DNA of 57,028 nucleotides, the filler included, from Platydemus manokwari (lineage: Eukaryota): NCBI GenBank assembly GCA_037951405.1. It is 4 parts of 4 records of this genome, joined end to end, with 100 filler letters (N's around TTAATTAATTAA, not from the genome) between each part and the next. Parts side by side here need not be neighbours in the genome. Positions count along the whole stretch, not along the records: positions 29,829 to 45,557 come from JBBMOY011249207.1; positions 45,658 to 57,028 come from JBBMOY010726650.1; 2 more parts are not named here. The stretch is one strand, 5' to 3'. Of this stretch, positions 40,883-54,528 are shown piece after piece (the stretch's first letter is position 1; each line of letters opens with the position of its first letter). Both the position numbers and the translations under genes were made by a program. Under the pieces are notes generated by a model, which worked only from the letters and a program-made list of their open reading frames with translations, was not told the DNA's origin and did no database searches.

Positions 40883-42034
40883 TATCTAAACCTCGTGACT
40901 TAATGTTTATTTCTTTTCAGAGAAACGACAATCGATTTTGATTTAACTAGAATTTATGTCTCATTACAGCAATCTATACAAATCACACAGCTACACTTAG
41001 ATTATGCAGTTCATAACACCGGTAATTTCGTCCTCACACGAATTACCAAAGCCCTCTAGAGCAGTGAGAACTAAATTAAACATCAAACCGCAGTATATAT
41101 ATGATATATATTGTTGAAATAATGGAGCAATTTTAAGTCTTTTTTATCAATATTAAATAACGTTTTTATTATTATTGGTTAAGAATAGGTGATAGATTAA
41201 TCAGTTTCAACATTTTTACTTTATATTTTTCTTGTACGTGAAATTTCATAACAATTTTTCCATAGATTTTTAAATATATAATAATATTCTACAAATATAA
41301 TCCTAAATGAAAATTTAAAATAGACATTAAACCATTTTTAAAAATAAACTGTAATTAATTGCTATAAATAAATGTAAATAAATGCAAATAAATTGTTTAA
41401 ATGATCCTGAAATTTGAAATTGGTTATGCGATCAAGAAATAAACTTTGTTTTGATCCAAAAGGAAATAAAAATATATTTTCAATTGTAAAATAGCTAGAC
41501 TAATCAATAAAAAGTTTTGTGCATTGAGGGTATTAAGATCTGAATCTATCGTGACTGTCGTGGCTTTAAATCCATTTAATTATGATTGGTATTGATGTAA
41601 AGCGAGAGAATCAAAACAAGAGGAATATTACAATTATAAAGTTTGAAGTTCAATTGAGCAGAATCTGGCTGTTATTTCAAAAGACTTAAAAGAAAGAAAA
41701 TGGTAAAGAAAATAAAAATAAATAGATACTATTTTCTAAAATTATTCTTACATCTTAAGCTCATAATGCGTCGCATTATCTAACGGAGTCTTCTAGAAAA
41801 TTAATGATTAAATTTTCCAAATGTTATTGTGCAAGATTTCTTTCATAACTGAATAACTTCACTAATTGTATAAATTATTTTGAGGTTTTCCTATCTAATT
41901 TTCACAATCTCGAATAATTACTGTACCAAATATTAATGAGAATAAATATTTTTACTGCGGAAATAATACATATATCCTGTTATAAAAAACAGATTGTGTG
42001 CATTTGTTTTTTAAATTCTGAATAACCAAATAAT

Positions 42035-42463
42035 TGCTGACTCCAAAGGTTGCAAACTGTGTTTAACAAACGTACTATTAACCTAAATACGACTCACAAA
42101 ATTACAACTAAAACTGGGCTTTCATCTGGCACACGTATTAATCAGTACGACTCTAAAACGCAATACAATATCTCAAAGAAAGAAACCAAAACTTGGCTTC
42201 CAACTGGCAGTTGGCTATATTTATATCGGTATTTATACTCGAGGTCTGTCTGTAATTTTTGTGTCACGATTGTATCACATTTTCATTAGATTTATACTTT
42301 CTCATGTTTCTATTAAGCTTATTGGTTTTTGCACGTGCAAGATTGGTCAACTTCAATGTGTCTGTTGGTGTATGGCTTTGTTCCTTCTTTTAATTATCGT
42401 TTTCTATTTAATTCGATTGTGATTGGTTGGTTACCATTCTTGTATGGTTGTGTAGGTATGACA
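42035..42463 (-). mobile_element. Solo-LTR candidate (~430 bp)
   Basis: Minus strand starts TGTCATACC, has CCAAT boxes and two TATAAATA, and ends GTCAGCA. TSD is poor (ATAAT / ATGTT). Confidence 0.35.
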
Positions 42464-45400
42464 ATGTTCAAAGTGCTAAAACAAGGGTTCCAAGGTGCAA
42501 ATTTGTTTTTCTTTTCAAGATTTCGCCTCAACCAAACATATCGTTGAGTGTCATCTTTAAATTGAATAGGAATTGTATAGAAAAATTTATATAATAATTA
42601 AATAGACATTAAAATATAAATAATTTTTTAGTAATACACGTATCATGAATAAAAATATAATTTTCATTATATCTAACAGATATTACCTTAATCGTCTCAA
42701 AGAAAAAGTGAAACAAGTGATATCTTTCGGTTTTCTTCGAAATCTTTGAAAAATATTTCCAGTATCAAATGTTGAGGAAACTAAGGAAGAAATACCGGAA
42801 AACTGGCGTTATATACAGATAGAGGAACAAAGGAAGGAAATATACATATACCTGTAAAACTATAAGATCAATAGAAAAGAAATACCGAAATGAAAACTGT
42901 CAAGAAAGAAATATGAGATAGCAGTAAACAAATAAGGCCTGATAGAGGATAAAGTTGTGTACAGGAAGGCCCATAAAAGTTGGAAACAATGGAATGAGTT
43001 AAAGTAAGAATGTGAACAATTAAATATAAATAAAGAGAAAGTAAAATAAAGAATATAATACGTTGAGAAAAAGGTAAGAAAATGAGAAAGTGGAAGATGA
43101 ATCTAGATGCGTAGATCCAAACGTGACGGTTATGATCCAATCAAAAACCAATCGCAATCAATCGTGTTAATAAATAATAGAAATGTATTAACCTTTGTTT
43201 TTTATTCAAACTCAAAATCCTGGTACAATACTGTGCTGCAAAACTTGCTCAAAAAATATAATTCCTATCGATTCATATACAGAAGACTTGTTACAATTTT
43301 TATATTTTTCTGTCGGCCGTTTCTTGTTCCAATTTTATTATTTTTTTTATTTTTAAGAGTTTCATTCACAAAGTGTATTTCCTTCAAGAATCGCATCCTT
43401 ACCAATTACAATTAAAATCTGAACAATTTAAGATATTCAAAACTTCTTATTTCCGAAACATGCACACAAAAACCTTTATATTCATAAGAGCAAACACTTA
43501 TTTGAAAATCATCTAGGAGATTAAATTTTCATCATCTTCCTGTGATATTTTTTAAATTGCTTGATCTTAGTTCAAAGTACTTCACATTTTCCCTACATTG
43601 AGACCATAGATTATTAATTCAGTAAAATTTTATAAAAAATATTGTAAAATTTCGATTATTTTGTATCTAATATTTATTTATCATTCACAGTTTTTGAAAT
43701 TATTGACCATAATCTTTCAGGAAACTGCCTATTAGTATTATTATTTGTGATCAAACCAAATTGGACAATATAAAATCAAAGTAGACGTACGGGTTTAAAA
43801 TAGACATTTTTATTTAACATGGATAAGAGAAGAATAACAACAATTGTTTGATTTGTACTAATTTTTAGGATAACTCTAATAAAATCGGTACAAGTAACAA
43901 AATTCTTTTTTGTCAAAACTCATCGACAGTATGCAGCACCAGAAATATGCAAGTAACTCCTGTTTAAGTGAGTAGTGACATAATCATTTGATATAATGGA
44001 ATTTTAATTTTTGATTCATGGCAGTCTTAAATGTGCATGCATGCATTCTTGTTGTGTTGATTCATTATTATAGTGTAATAAAAAACTTGGAATTAGAGGA
44101 ATATGGAAGTTGGTAGCTTGTTGTTCCATACAAACATAACAAAGAACAATTAATAAAAGAACATCTAGAATAACATGATACATTTAATCAGTAAACATAA
44201 CTTTGAATACCAGTAAGTGCAAACTAAAGCTTCTGGTCTAACCAATATATTATAAGGTCAAAGACCTTAGCTGAGACCAGATTTTACCAGGGTAATTGAT
44301 ACTATTATTATTGCATGGATCATAATTCCAGTGGAACACCTAATTAAATTATAAGTAGATTCCCCATGGAATTTACCAAATAAGTTGATGAAATATGTAT
44401 TTGAGGGTCAGCCCTGATAAGTAGTTAAACATAATTCAATCCATTTCAATACCGCAGTGCAATCAGGTTCAATATGTCAATGCAATATATTTCATCCATT
44501 TGTTTAAAAGTATTCTGAAAGCAAGATTACATAACTTCTTGGAAATGTACTTCAGACAATAAACACTTTGTTCAAGACTAAATATTATGCACGTGTCCTT
44601 TTCAACTGGCTCTAAGTTGTATTGTTTACCTGATATGTTGTCTGCCTGATTTCCTGTTCTTGATCAATAGTTCTTCTGGGAAATTCCTGTCTGTTGATCT
44701 AGTATTAATAGTAAAATTTCTTTCTGGTCTTGATTCAGTTAATTGTTTGATTCAGTGGTTCCTGAATAATTGACTATGAGGGCTGCATTAACTTCTTCAA
44801 TAGATGTCAACTATTGCGACAACTCCCCAGCATTATAAAAGGTTTTAAGAATTTTAAGAGTCTTTTTAATATCAATTTTCGAAACTTTATCACAGATTAT
44901 TGTTTTCCTTCTCAAACCCAGATTCAAAAATTATTTAAACAGCTTTTGCATACAAATTTCGAATGTCGAAAACCGAATGAAATTTTAAGTACACAAACTT
45001 GACTAGCATTTAAGAAGCTGTCACTGAATAGATTTTGATTTCTATAGCGAATTTTCTTTAAACTGTAAATTGTGTCTTAAATAATAGTAGCTCTTTTAGT
45101 TGTTTACTTCTTAATGCATTTTTAGATATTCTGATTTCATTAAAGTTCTTTTGGTTAAAAGTGCTTTATTTATTTTGTAAAAAAACCAAACAAAGCATTA
45201 AATACTTGAATTGAAATACTTCAGATTGTTCTCTTCTCACCGGCTTTAAAACTCACTTTTTTGAAAACTAACAGAGATAGATATTTTTAATTTTAGAAAA
45301 GAATTCAACAAAATCATAATAGACATTAGATAATTTTACGAGGAGTATGAGTCCTACAAATCACTAGTTTTCCACATCTATTATAAACATACAGCAATAT

Positions 45401-45557
45401 CTTAATTCTCAGAATGTCAGCAGTGAGTAAATTCTTTTGGAAATATATTAAAAAATGCTCCTTTTTATAAATTTAGATAGTACAGAGAAAACCGCTTAAT
45501 AAAAACATACTATTAAACGAAATATCGTTTAATAAATAAAAATTTCATTTCAAAAGT

Positions 45558-45657
45558 NNNNNNNNNNNNNNNNNNNNNNNNNNNNNNNNNNNNNNNNNNN
45601 NTTAATTAATTAANNNNNNNNNNNNNNNNNNNNNNNNNNNNNNNNNNNNNNNNNNNN
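45558..45657. other. Artificial contig-join spacer
   Basis: 44 N + TTAATTAATTAA + 44 N. Confidence 0.97.
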
Positions 45658-48463
45658 GGATATTATAAAATATATATATTCGAAAACTATTTAGTATCCG
45701 TATAATGCACAAGTGTAAAATTTTTTCGGATACAATTCAATATATTAAAATTGATAATCAAAATACCTGAACACACGTCTAAAATCCGTACATGTTAAAA
45801 TATCACTGCAAGATTTACTGGCTATAAAACACCGGCAATTCTTATTGAGAATCGACTGTTATCATAGGAAGTATATTAAATGTGTGTACTTGCTGTTTAA
45901 AGTTTTGTTTTGCAATTGTCTAAACAATTCGAACACTTCCTCATATATTTTCTTCAATATCTTATATCACTGATGCGTTTCGGTGCTCGTTATTTTTTGT
46001 AGGAATGCACAAATTGAAATCTCCCGATTTCTGATTGGCTACTGCCACACGTGCTTTTGAGTGTTTGTCCGACATCATGAAGATTAATTAAAGGGTTTTG
46101 ATCAGACTTTTGGATAATTTTTATCTCATATATCGCTATGAAGTGCAAGAAGAAAAAGATGATCAGTTTTCTAAAAAGATGTTGTACAAGAGGTTCTGAA
46201 CTTGGAACCTAACCTTTTTTTTTTCAATAAAATCTATAATAATAGAAACTTATTGACGAAGCATAATTCACAGATATAAATTCCATTGGAAACAGCAATC
46301 TGCCCTCGCCAATTGATACATCAATCACAGATTTCTGCAATAACTATTCCCTTCGACATTTATCCAAAATGAAATTATATAAAGATATCGTTAAAGGTTG
46401 GGAAACTTATCATTTTTCAACTTAAGTTTATTTACCAATTGGTCAGAGATTGCAGGCTTTGATACACTCCTGAAATTAATGGTAACATCGCCATTGACTT
46501 AATGACATGATTCAGTTAAATCTAATGAATTTATAATAATGCTGATTTATGATATTTTTTCATAAAATTGTGACAAATAATTAAATAAAGCCACCACAGG
46601 ACTTCGATCACAATTTCATTAAAACAAATATTAATCTTGCCAATTTGTGATATTTTTATGGGCACTAAATAAATAAATTTATTGATACTCGATAAAGAAC
46701 AATTGAAATGAAGTCATTGGTTTGAAATTCTTTTATACGATTGACAAATCTCATTTATTGATTTTTGATTCGTAGAGATATAAATAAATTTTATGAGAAA
46801 ATCAGAGAATCAAAGATCATCACATTCTGAAAGTCCGAAACTTGTCTTCCATTTCTGGAATCAAAGACCTGTGTAATTAAAACTAGAAATATTTTAGATG
46901 CTCAATACTAACACAACCGAATTGTTAAATCTAGTCTGTTTGGATCTCCTATATTTTCTAAACACCGTCGATTAATAAAAATTAATTTTTTGGATTGTAA
47001 AATTTTTTTTATTGATTTTAACCTTATAGGACCTTTTGTATGACTGAATGTCCTTCAAAACTATTTCATCAGTTAAAAACGACTTGAATCTTACCCTACA
47101 ATTTGATTGGGTTTCTATAATAAAATTTATTAATGTTTTTAAAATTAAAATATTCTTTTAAGAAACTTTTTCATAATTTTATTATTTTTTATTATAATCA
47201 ATATTTGTCTACTCGATTGTACTTAGATTTTTTTAATATTAATATTTTTAGAATTATTTATTTATATTACTAATAATATTAATTGATTAAGATCTAATAA
47301 TATACATAAAAATTTCCTTAAAAATATATAACAAAGAACTGTTAAAAATAATTTCATCAATAGAGATAATCGATAATATTCGAGGTGACCTTTAGCAATA
47401 AAAGACTTTATACTAGCTCTGATTGTCTTTTATTAACGACAACTTTAGCCAGTGATAAGATGTGAAGTATAAGATCTTGGAGAAGAAATAGACAGGTGGT
47501 CACCAATTTGCGAATATCTGATATCTGTAATGACCTTTAGAATGTCTCAAATGATCATTTTTAAAAATACCAATTGTTTGGAATCAAAACTTGTTAAGTC
47601 ACCATAAAATTCAATAATTATTCAATAAATAGTGTTAATTTACCCCAGTCTCGAAATTTTAATCAATGAAGGTTTTTAAAACAAAGTTCCTGTTCAGTTC
47701 ATAAACTGTGATCGTAGGAATTCTTACTTTTCTATTTATCCCCAAATGAAACTCAGATCTAAATCATTAAATCAGAAGCCAATATGATCAGTACACATAT
47801 GATCTCAAAAACTCGAAATTAATCTGGTTATAATCCAATAAATCAGTTCCTCAAATCTAGATTCGACAAATCAATCATGTTATTTCTCATATGAGCATAA
47901 TTTTTGACTAAAAATTCTTCATCGAAACATCTACAATGGAATTTGATAAAATACCTCAATATTTATTTTTTTAATTATTCTGTTTTTTCTTTGATTCTGT
48001 GATCATTCTTTCAATGGTATTTCACGCCAATGATGAGGAAAGATTTACAATTAAAGGGAAATGATAATGATTTTCATTTATACATAAGTAGTTTAATTAT
48101 TACAAGAAAATTTTAAAGAAAAAATAACAAGAAAATTACATTAAAATAAAAAAGCTGTTATAGTAAGAACTGAACTGTAAAAACACACTTGGTCAAAAAT
48201 GAAAATAATTACTTACAAATATTAGAGTAAATCAGTTTAGTTAGGCGTCCGTAAGAAGAGAGTATTAATTTATATCTTTGCACCAATAAAAATATGTAAT
48301 ATTAGAGCTCAATAAAATAAAAGTAACAAATCCAGGAATACAAACATCCCCCCAAACATACATGAAATATAACAGTGAGATTAAATACTTTTGTTTTTCA
48401 ACCAATCACTTTCAGTTCCAACAAAAATTCAACATATCCCACATTTTAAATATCTTTATCTTA

Positions 48464-49360
48464 ATGAATTTCACTGTCATTCCCATCTGCTTACAAGATC
48501 CTGCTTCCAGATTTATTCCTCGTTGGTACCACAATATCATCTATTTCCCGGTATCGATTATTGGATTTATTCTTAATATTACATTGATATTATTATACAA
48601 TCGATATACGAAAGAAATTCTAGGCAAAAGAAAAACCTTTATTTTGATTATGAAAATATTAGCCTTCAATGATTGCCTGACTGCATCGGTTTTGTTTGTT
48701 GAAAGTGTAGCATTGATCAATTCCCTTAATCTCAATTCAATTGTGATGGAAGTTATCGCAAAAATAAAATTTTCAATATTCATCTCGGAATTATTGATTT
48801 TCAATATTCTAGCAATAGACCGACTGTTAATCGTTTTAAAACCTTTAGCCGAATGGTGGACAACCAAGCTGATGGTAAAAATACTTTTGTCATTTTTATT
48901 CGGTATTCAATTACCTGTAGAATTGGTCAATCGAACACTAATCATATTGCAGTTGAATTGCGTTGTCAGTGTTTATCCAAGATATTTTCTAATCTATTAT
49001 TACAGAATAATTCCATTAGTATTCGATATTATCAATGTTTTGATTTACCTGGCAATAACTATTATATTTGGTTGGAAATCTTACAAAAACAAATCAATCA
49101 ATGATGAAGCACGTTTGAGAGATTTCCTAAAATTGGCCATGATATCATTCGAGACCAACTGTATCTACGTGTTGACTACGACTCCGGTTTTGTATTTCAT
49201 GCTTCAATCGTCCGTTAAAATCTCTCGTACATTATTGAATGTTTCGTTCATTAACTGCATCATAAATTTTATGATGATTGCAATGAATAACAACTACTTA
49301 CGAGGAAAGATATTGTCTAAAATTAAAATTCGAAGAAATGAAATCTTCGTTTTACAATGA
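48464..49360 (+). CDS. Intronless orphan rhodopsin-like (class A) GPCR, ~298 aa from Met35 of the ORF (ORF starts at 48362)
   Basis: Seven hydrophobic segments. N-terminal sequon MNFT, TM1 GFILN, TM2 LAFND, TM3 LAIDRLLIVLKP, TM6 LTTTP, TM7 INCIINF, helix-8-like NNYLRGKI. Confidence 0.88.
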   Translation: MNFTVIPICLQDPASRFIPRWYHNIIYFPVSIIGFILNITLILLYNRYTKEILGKRKTFILIMKILAFNDCLTASVLFVESVALINSLNLNSIVMEVIAKIKFSIFISELLIFNILAIDRLLIVLKPLAEWWTTKLMVKILLSFLFGIQLPVELVNRTLIILQLNCVVSVYPRYFLIYYYRIIPLVFDIINVLIYLAITIIFGWKSYKNKSINDEARLRDFLKLAMISFETNCIYVLTTTPVLYFMLQSSVKISRTLLNVSFINCIINFMMIAMNNNYLRGKILSKIKIRRNEIFVLQ

Positions 49361-50286
49361 AATTCATCAATAAAAATATCACTGAATCAATACTTGATTT
49401 TATAATAAAAATAGAATTGATTTGTTCTTTGTATCCGTTGACGACATGGTTCGATTATTTCATTTATATATGTTGATCGATATAGTGGACTGAAACTAAA
49501 ATGCAATCATAACATATATCCATCACTGATTGAATGATGGAATGATGTGTTTGAGATTCTAATTGGTGCCAAATTGCATAATTTATTGAGTTACTAACAA
49601 TTAAAATACTTATAATTTCAATATTTTCTCTGCATTCTCAAAATTTATTCTATTTAGTTACCAGAAAATATTATATTAAAATTTATATAAAATCCCGTGT
49701 AAAATAGATTGGGACTCCCATACTAGTTATGCATCAACCTGAGATCCTTCATTACCAGTTATCAGTATTTAATTAATTTTTTGTTACACGTTTTTAGAAA
49801 ACTCTCAGTTAATCATAACACTTCGTTATTATCATTATATTTTCTGGGACGGATGAGGTTTTATTAACCAAGTTTCACTTAATTATGCCATGCATTTTGA
49901 TCTATCAGTCTAATCTCCCTTAAAACATTTTTAAGAAAAATTTCTTTAAGAGAAAATAAGTTTTATAGATTTCTATAAGTCTTTTAAGTGTACCTTTTTT
50001 GTTTTAAACGTGTTTCTTTGATCGGCCATATATTCATTTATATAGCGAATTCTTCTAGTATTATAATTTTAATATATTTACTCTGAATTTTATTATATAT
50101 GTATATATCGATTTCTTCGTCATCTGGGAGCTAATTGATGGTTCTAGGTAACTGGACGGACTTGGACCTTGTACACTCTCCAAGTCAAAACATCATTAAG
50201 TTATTTTGTTGTCTCAATCAATTTACTAAGAATATTTATAAAACAATTTCAATTGAAGTTTTAAACCCATATAATAATTATTATTA

Positions 50287-50290
<4 letters not shown>

Positions 50291-50318
<28 letters not shown>
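50291..50318. repeat. (ATT)n microsatellite
   Basis: About 9 ATT units. Confidence 0.85.
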
Positions 50319-50319
<1 letters not shown>

Positions 50320-50540
50320 CATATTGGGCAATTTATTACATCAAATATCAATGAAAAATTTTAGAGTAAAACAAAAATCAAGAATTTACAATTAAACAAC
50401 ATAATAATCGTTCAAGAATTTATTTAGATTGTAATTTAAAAATCAAGCAAGAACATTCTAACAATAACAATTCAAAACTATAAATAATCAGAAGTTATAT
50501 AATAAAACAAAATTTTTAAATAATTTTGGAAATCGATAAT

Positions 50541-50699
50541 TGTCACAATATAATTATCAAAATTCTTTCACCAACTCACATTGACCTTCTAATATAGAGG
50601 GCATTTTTGTTCGAGAATTAGAGCGTTGTGGTGTATATGAGTTGTTTGAATTGAGTGGCTGATAATAGATGATCGAATGACTGACTCGCTACCGTAACA
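50541..50699 (-). mobile_element. Solo-LTR candidate (159 bp)
   Basis: Termini TGTCAC...GTAACA (5/6 inverted); 5-bp TSD ATAAT / ATATT matches 4/5. Confidence 0.5.
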
Positions 50700-51723
50700 A
50701 TATTGGAAAAAACAAATTCTTTTTAAAGAATTACATTTTTCTACTTTCATTGGAAGTCGACCACTGCAAGTTTAGGCCTATCCAAGTTTCCAGAACTTTT
50801 AAATAGATCTCATAGGACTTTGAAATTGATTTAACACGTGATTTAGTAATTATAACTTAATCTGTTGTGCTTCTATTATTTAAATAAAAGTATCAGATAT
50901 TTTTAAGAAATTATATATTTTAAACTAGGCAAAACTTTATTTTTAAGTAAATAGATAGACCACGCCTATTGGTTGATTGAAAACAGTGTGTCAAAAACTC
51001 ATTTCACAGAAATTCAACACTTACACAAATTCATCCCACACAAAGACACGTGATCTTTCATTTAAATCAGTCAGAGATGGAATAAAAATTAGTTTAACAG
51101 TTATAAAATTGAAAACATTTCAAAAGGAGAACAGAAAACGATTCTGGATATTACAAATATTTCATGGACAATGTTAATGTTTTTAATGGTAAGTCGTCCG
51201 GAAGTTGCAACCCTAAGAAAACTGCTTAAAATAAAAAAAAATTGTATTATATTCTCTTGATTGTCCAAATATAGACATTCCATTCAAATCCAAAGAATAT
51301 AAAACCATTCTAATAATTTTAAGGAATTCCTTTGACATAACAAAACTATGTGATCTAAATGTGTGATTTGCTAAATAGTAGCGGCTCAATAATTAAATAT
51401 CATTTTATAAATCATGAATAATTTTGCAATAACCTTGCTATTTTTAACCATGTATTGGTTAAGTTTAAAACTACTTTAACTTAAGGGCTCGGTCTTATTC
51501 TCTTAATCCTAGTCGTTTACAAATTCCGGTGCACACTAAGTAAATACAAATACGTTTTTCTGATGAGGATATATTTTTATAACACTTTACAAGGATAAAT
51601 AACACAGAGAACAAAATCCCTAAAAAGTTATGTTAATAAGATAAGACTATGTCATAATACTTTTTTTGAATACCTTAGCTCAGAATCTACTTCTGGCAAA
51701 TACTACACAATAATACTTTTCTA

Positions 51724-51997
51724 TGTGGGCTAGGGCACTACTAACACCGAAACCACGCTCTAGTACAATACTTTTAATCCCGTACAACTACAGTTGTTGC
51801 AGGGCCAGCTACTATAACAACAAATAACATCTTACTCTTGAAGTTTTCTCGTTAAATGAGTGAAAATAAAGAGTTTATCTCGCTTTTTATATACTTATTT
51901 TCACTATGCATATCCCTTCTGTATGTATCTTGTTGCTCATACTTACTACAGCGTGAACCCATGTATTTATTCCAATTACCGGATATGGATATCCACA
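51724..51997 (-). mobile_element. Solo-LTR candidate (274 bp)
   Basis: Termini TGTGG...CCACA. Minus strand has TATATAAAAAG followed by ATTAAA, the U3-R-U5 order. No matching TSD. Confidence 0.5.
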
Positions 51998-54528
51998 AAT
52001 TCCATTTTTGCTATGTTGATATTTGATTTAACCCTTTAAAAATATTTTATTTGTAATGTTACATAATTATTAGTAATTTATTTCCATTTTGTTTAACTGT
52101 TATTTAATTTAATTTTATATAATTATATTTTGGGTTAATATTACTTTTCATTAAGTTACATTTACTTGTTTATTCTTTATTTCAGCTTTTCTACTGATTT
52201 GATTTATCTTCATTGCTTATTTTTGAGCTCATCATATTCATCAAAATTATATTTAACTTAAGACCAATAACATTACAATTTTTATTGCGTTATTTCTATT
52301 TGTCTTTTAAATATTTATTCGTGGTTAACTCTTATTAAAAATTTTAAATATTGCGTGACCTGAACTCAGAAAAATATCTCAACTTGCGTAACTTACTAAA
52401 ATGCAAATATTTGTAGAATTATTTTATAAATTATATTTGAGTTATCATTGAAGGTAAACAAATAAACAAAGATCTAACACATTATACGAGATTATAGCAT
52501 TTCGAAAGATTTTGAAAATTTAAGAGATTCTGAATGAAATAATATCCGAGAAAATGAAATAAATGCATTCAGTTTTCGTTTTAAAAATTTTAAAAAGAAT
52601 GAATAATTATTTTGTTCTAAAATGATAATTGCTTAAGATGGATTCCCATATAAATGTTGTAAGTTTAGAATCATATGAAAGATTTAGACGTCTCTATACT
52701 CAATTCCCATCTATTGTTCTCATTTATTCTACTATTTTGTTTATTATTTTGTTGATTTTAATTGTAATTTACATTTTTATTTGAAAATCACATATTAAAT
52801 AATCCAAGATTGTAAGTTTTTATAAATTCTATTCAATTAAACTGCGACTCTTCAGCTTTACTTATATATTCTAATTATTTTCAATTTCAACATGAAACAA
52901 TTTCAGATTTTGATCAACTATTTTTCATTCTTCATTTCACTTTATCCTGTTTGTGAGGATTTTAAAATAAAATAATTATTTAATAATCATTTTAAATAGA
53001 AAAATATATTTATAATAAAAGCATATAAATCATCGATAATCGATTTGAATATTTGATTTAAATATAATTATATGGTTTGAAGTTCATGGATTACGTATTT
53101 TTCATTTGTAGCCTATTTTTAAACTTCTAAATTTTTAAACTTCAACACCTTCTACTTTATTACCTAATTTCTGCTTGAAGTCGTTCTACAGCTGTCAGCC
53201 TATTACCTAAATTTCACAGACATTCTTACTGCTGGAAGGCACTTAGAATATAATTTACACCAAAATAGTTTTACTAAAAATAGTCCTATCAAATTCTTTT
53301 CTTCCAAAATCCAGTCGTAATTATCTCTCTGGCGAAACTTCCTGCAATTCCTACTCCACTTTTCATAGCAATATTAAATCATACCATATTTTGATAGTAA
53401 CCGCGCCTTAACTTCTGACTAGAATATTGACCTATCTGTTTTTAAAGATAAACAATCTCATAGTGAGATTAACTTTGATGAAATTGGAATGATTTCAATG
53501 TGAGAGCCTGACTTTTCAGACTGCTGGTTAATAAATCAAGGTATATAATATGAATAACTTTATTCTTAAATAAACTCGATTCTAAAGAAAAGTAAGAAAC
53601 TAATCTCAAATCATGTTAGTTTCAGGCACCCTACTGAGCTGTTGGATGCTCATATTGGATTTTTTTAGACTATTTTTAATGTGCGCCAAATTAAGCAAAG
53701 TAAAGCAAGGTTCCTACTTTCTATGACAGAGTTCTGCTCAATTGCAATTATCCTCTAAATATATTAGGAGTCACTTTTTCAAAATAGCATATGTTTATGG
53801 CATTATTGTTATTGGTACTTCAGGAAGGACAACACACAGTAACAATACATCTAGATCTTAATGTTAAAAAAATGAATAATTTCATCTCACTCTCAGTGTC
53901 TTTAACATCATTGCCATCACCTCTCCTGAACATTATTTCTAATATATATTTTATCTCTGTTTTTTGAATTCAGTATCATACAAATTAGACTTTTTTCATT
54001 CAGTAAACATCGACTTCGAGTAAGTTAAATAACAATGATTTGAGATGTGAAAAATTTTCGATGGTTGTTTCAGACAGCTGTCAACTTATCGTTGAGTTCT
54101 GGCATCTAGTGCTGTAGTTTGAAAAACATATCGCTCATCATTTTGATTCAGCATCCATTATCGACATTCTATTCATCTGATTTTTCATAGAGGCAACCAA
54201 TGACTAATATAAAAGATGTATTGTGGCAGAAACTCTACTAAATATGGTCGAACTTATCCTATTGTTATATAACCTTTTAAAATAAAAAAAAATAGTGTGA
54301 TCATTCTGCATATGTGAATTTAACAGCTCCCTGGCTTAAATCATGTATTAAAATTTTTCATCTTTAATATAATTTTTCTGCTAAAATATGATTTTGAAAC
54401 TAACAGACTGTAAGAGATAAAATTAAGAGAAAATTTTGAGTATATACAACCTATTTATCCTATAATCTAATGTCAATAATAAATTTCGAAGCATTGAGAA
54501 GGACACTGATCACAAGTACTGTTTCTTT

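Noticed and set aside
45690-46400. Helitron-like hints (GQTLK, RGQIAV) and a degenerate CCCGTG...CTAGT end at 49694-49727
   Set aside because: Motifs are isolated and lack the surrounding helicase context; the hairpin is poorly paired.
53200-54330. Minus-strand LVIGCLY and FNIAM fragments suggesting a LINE endonuclease/RT relic
   Set aside because: Only 5-7 residue matches amid stops, with no YADD.
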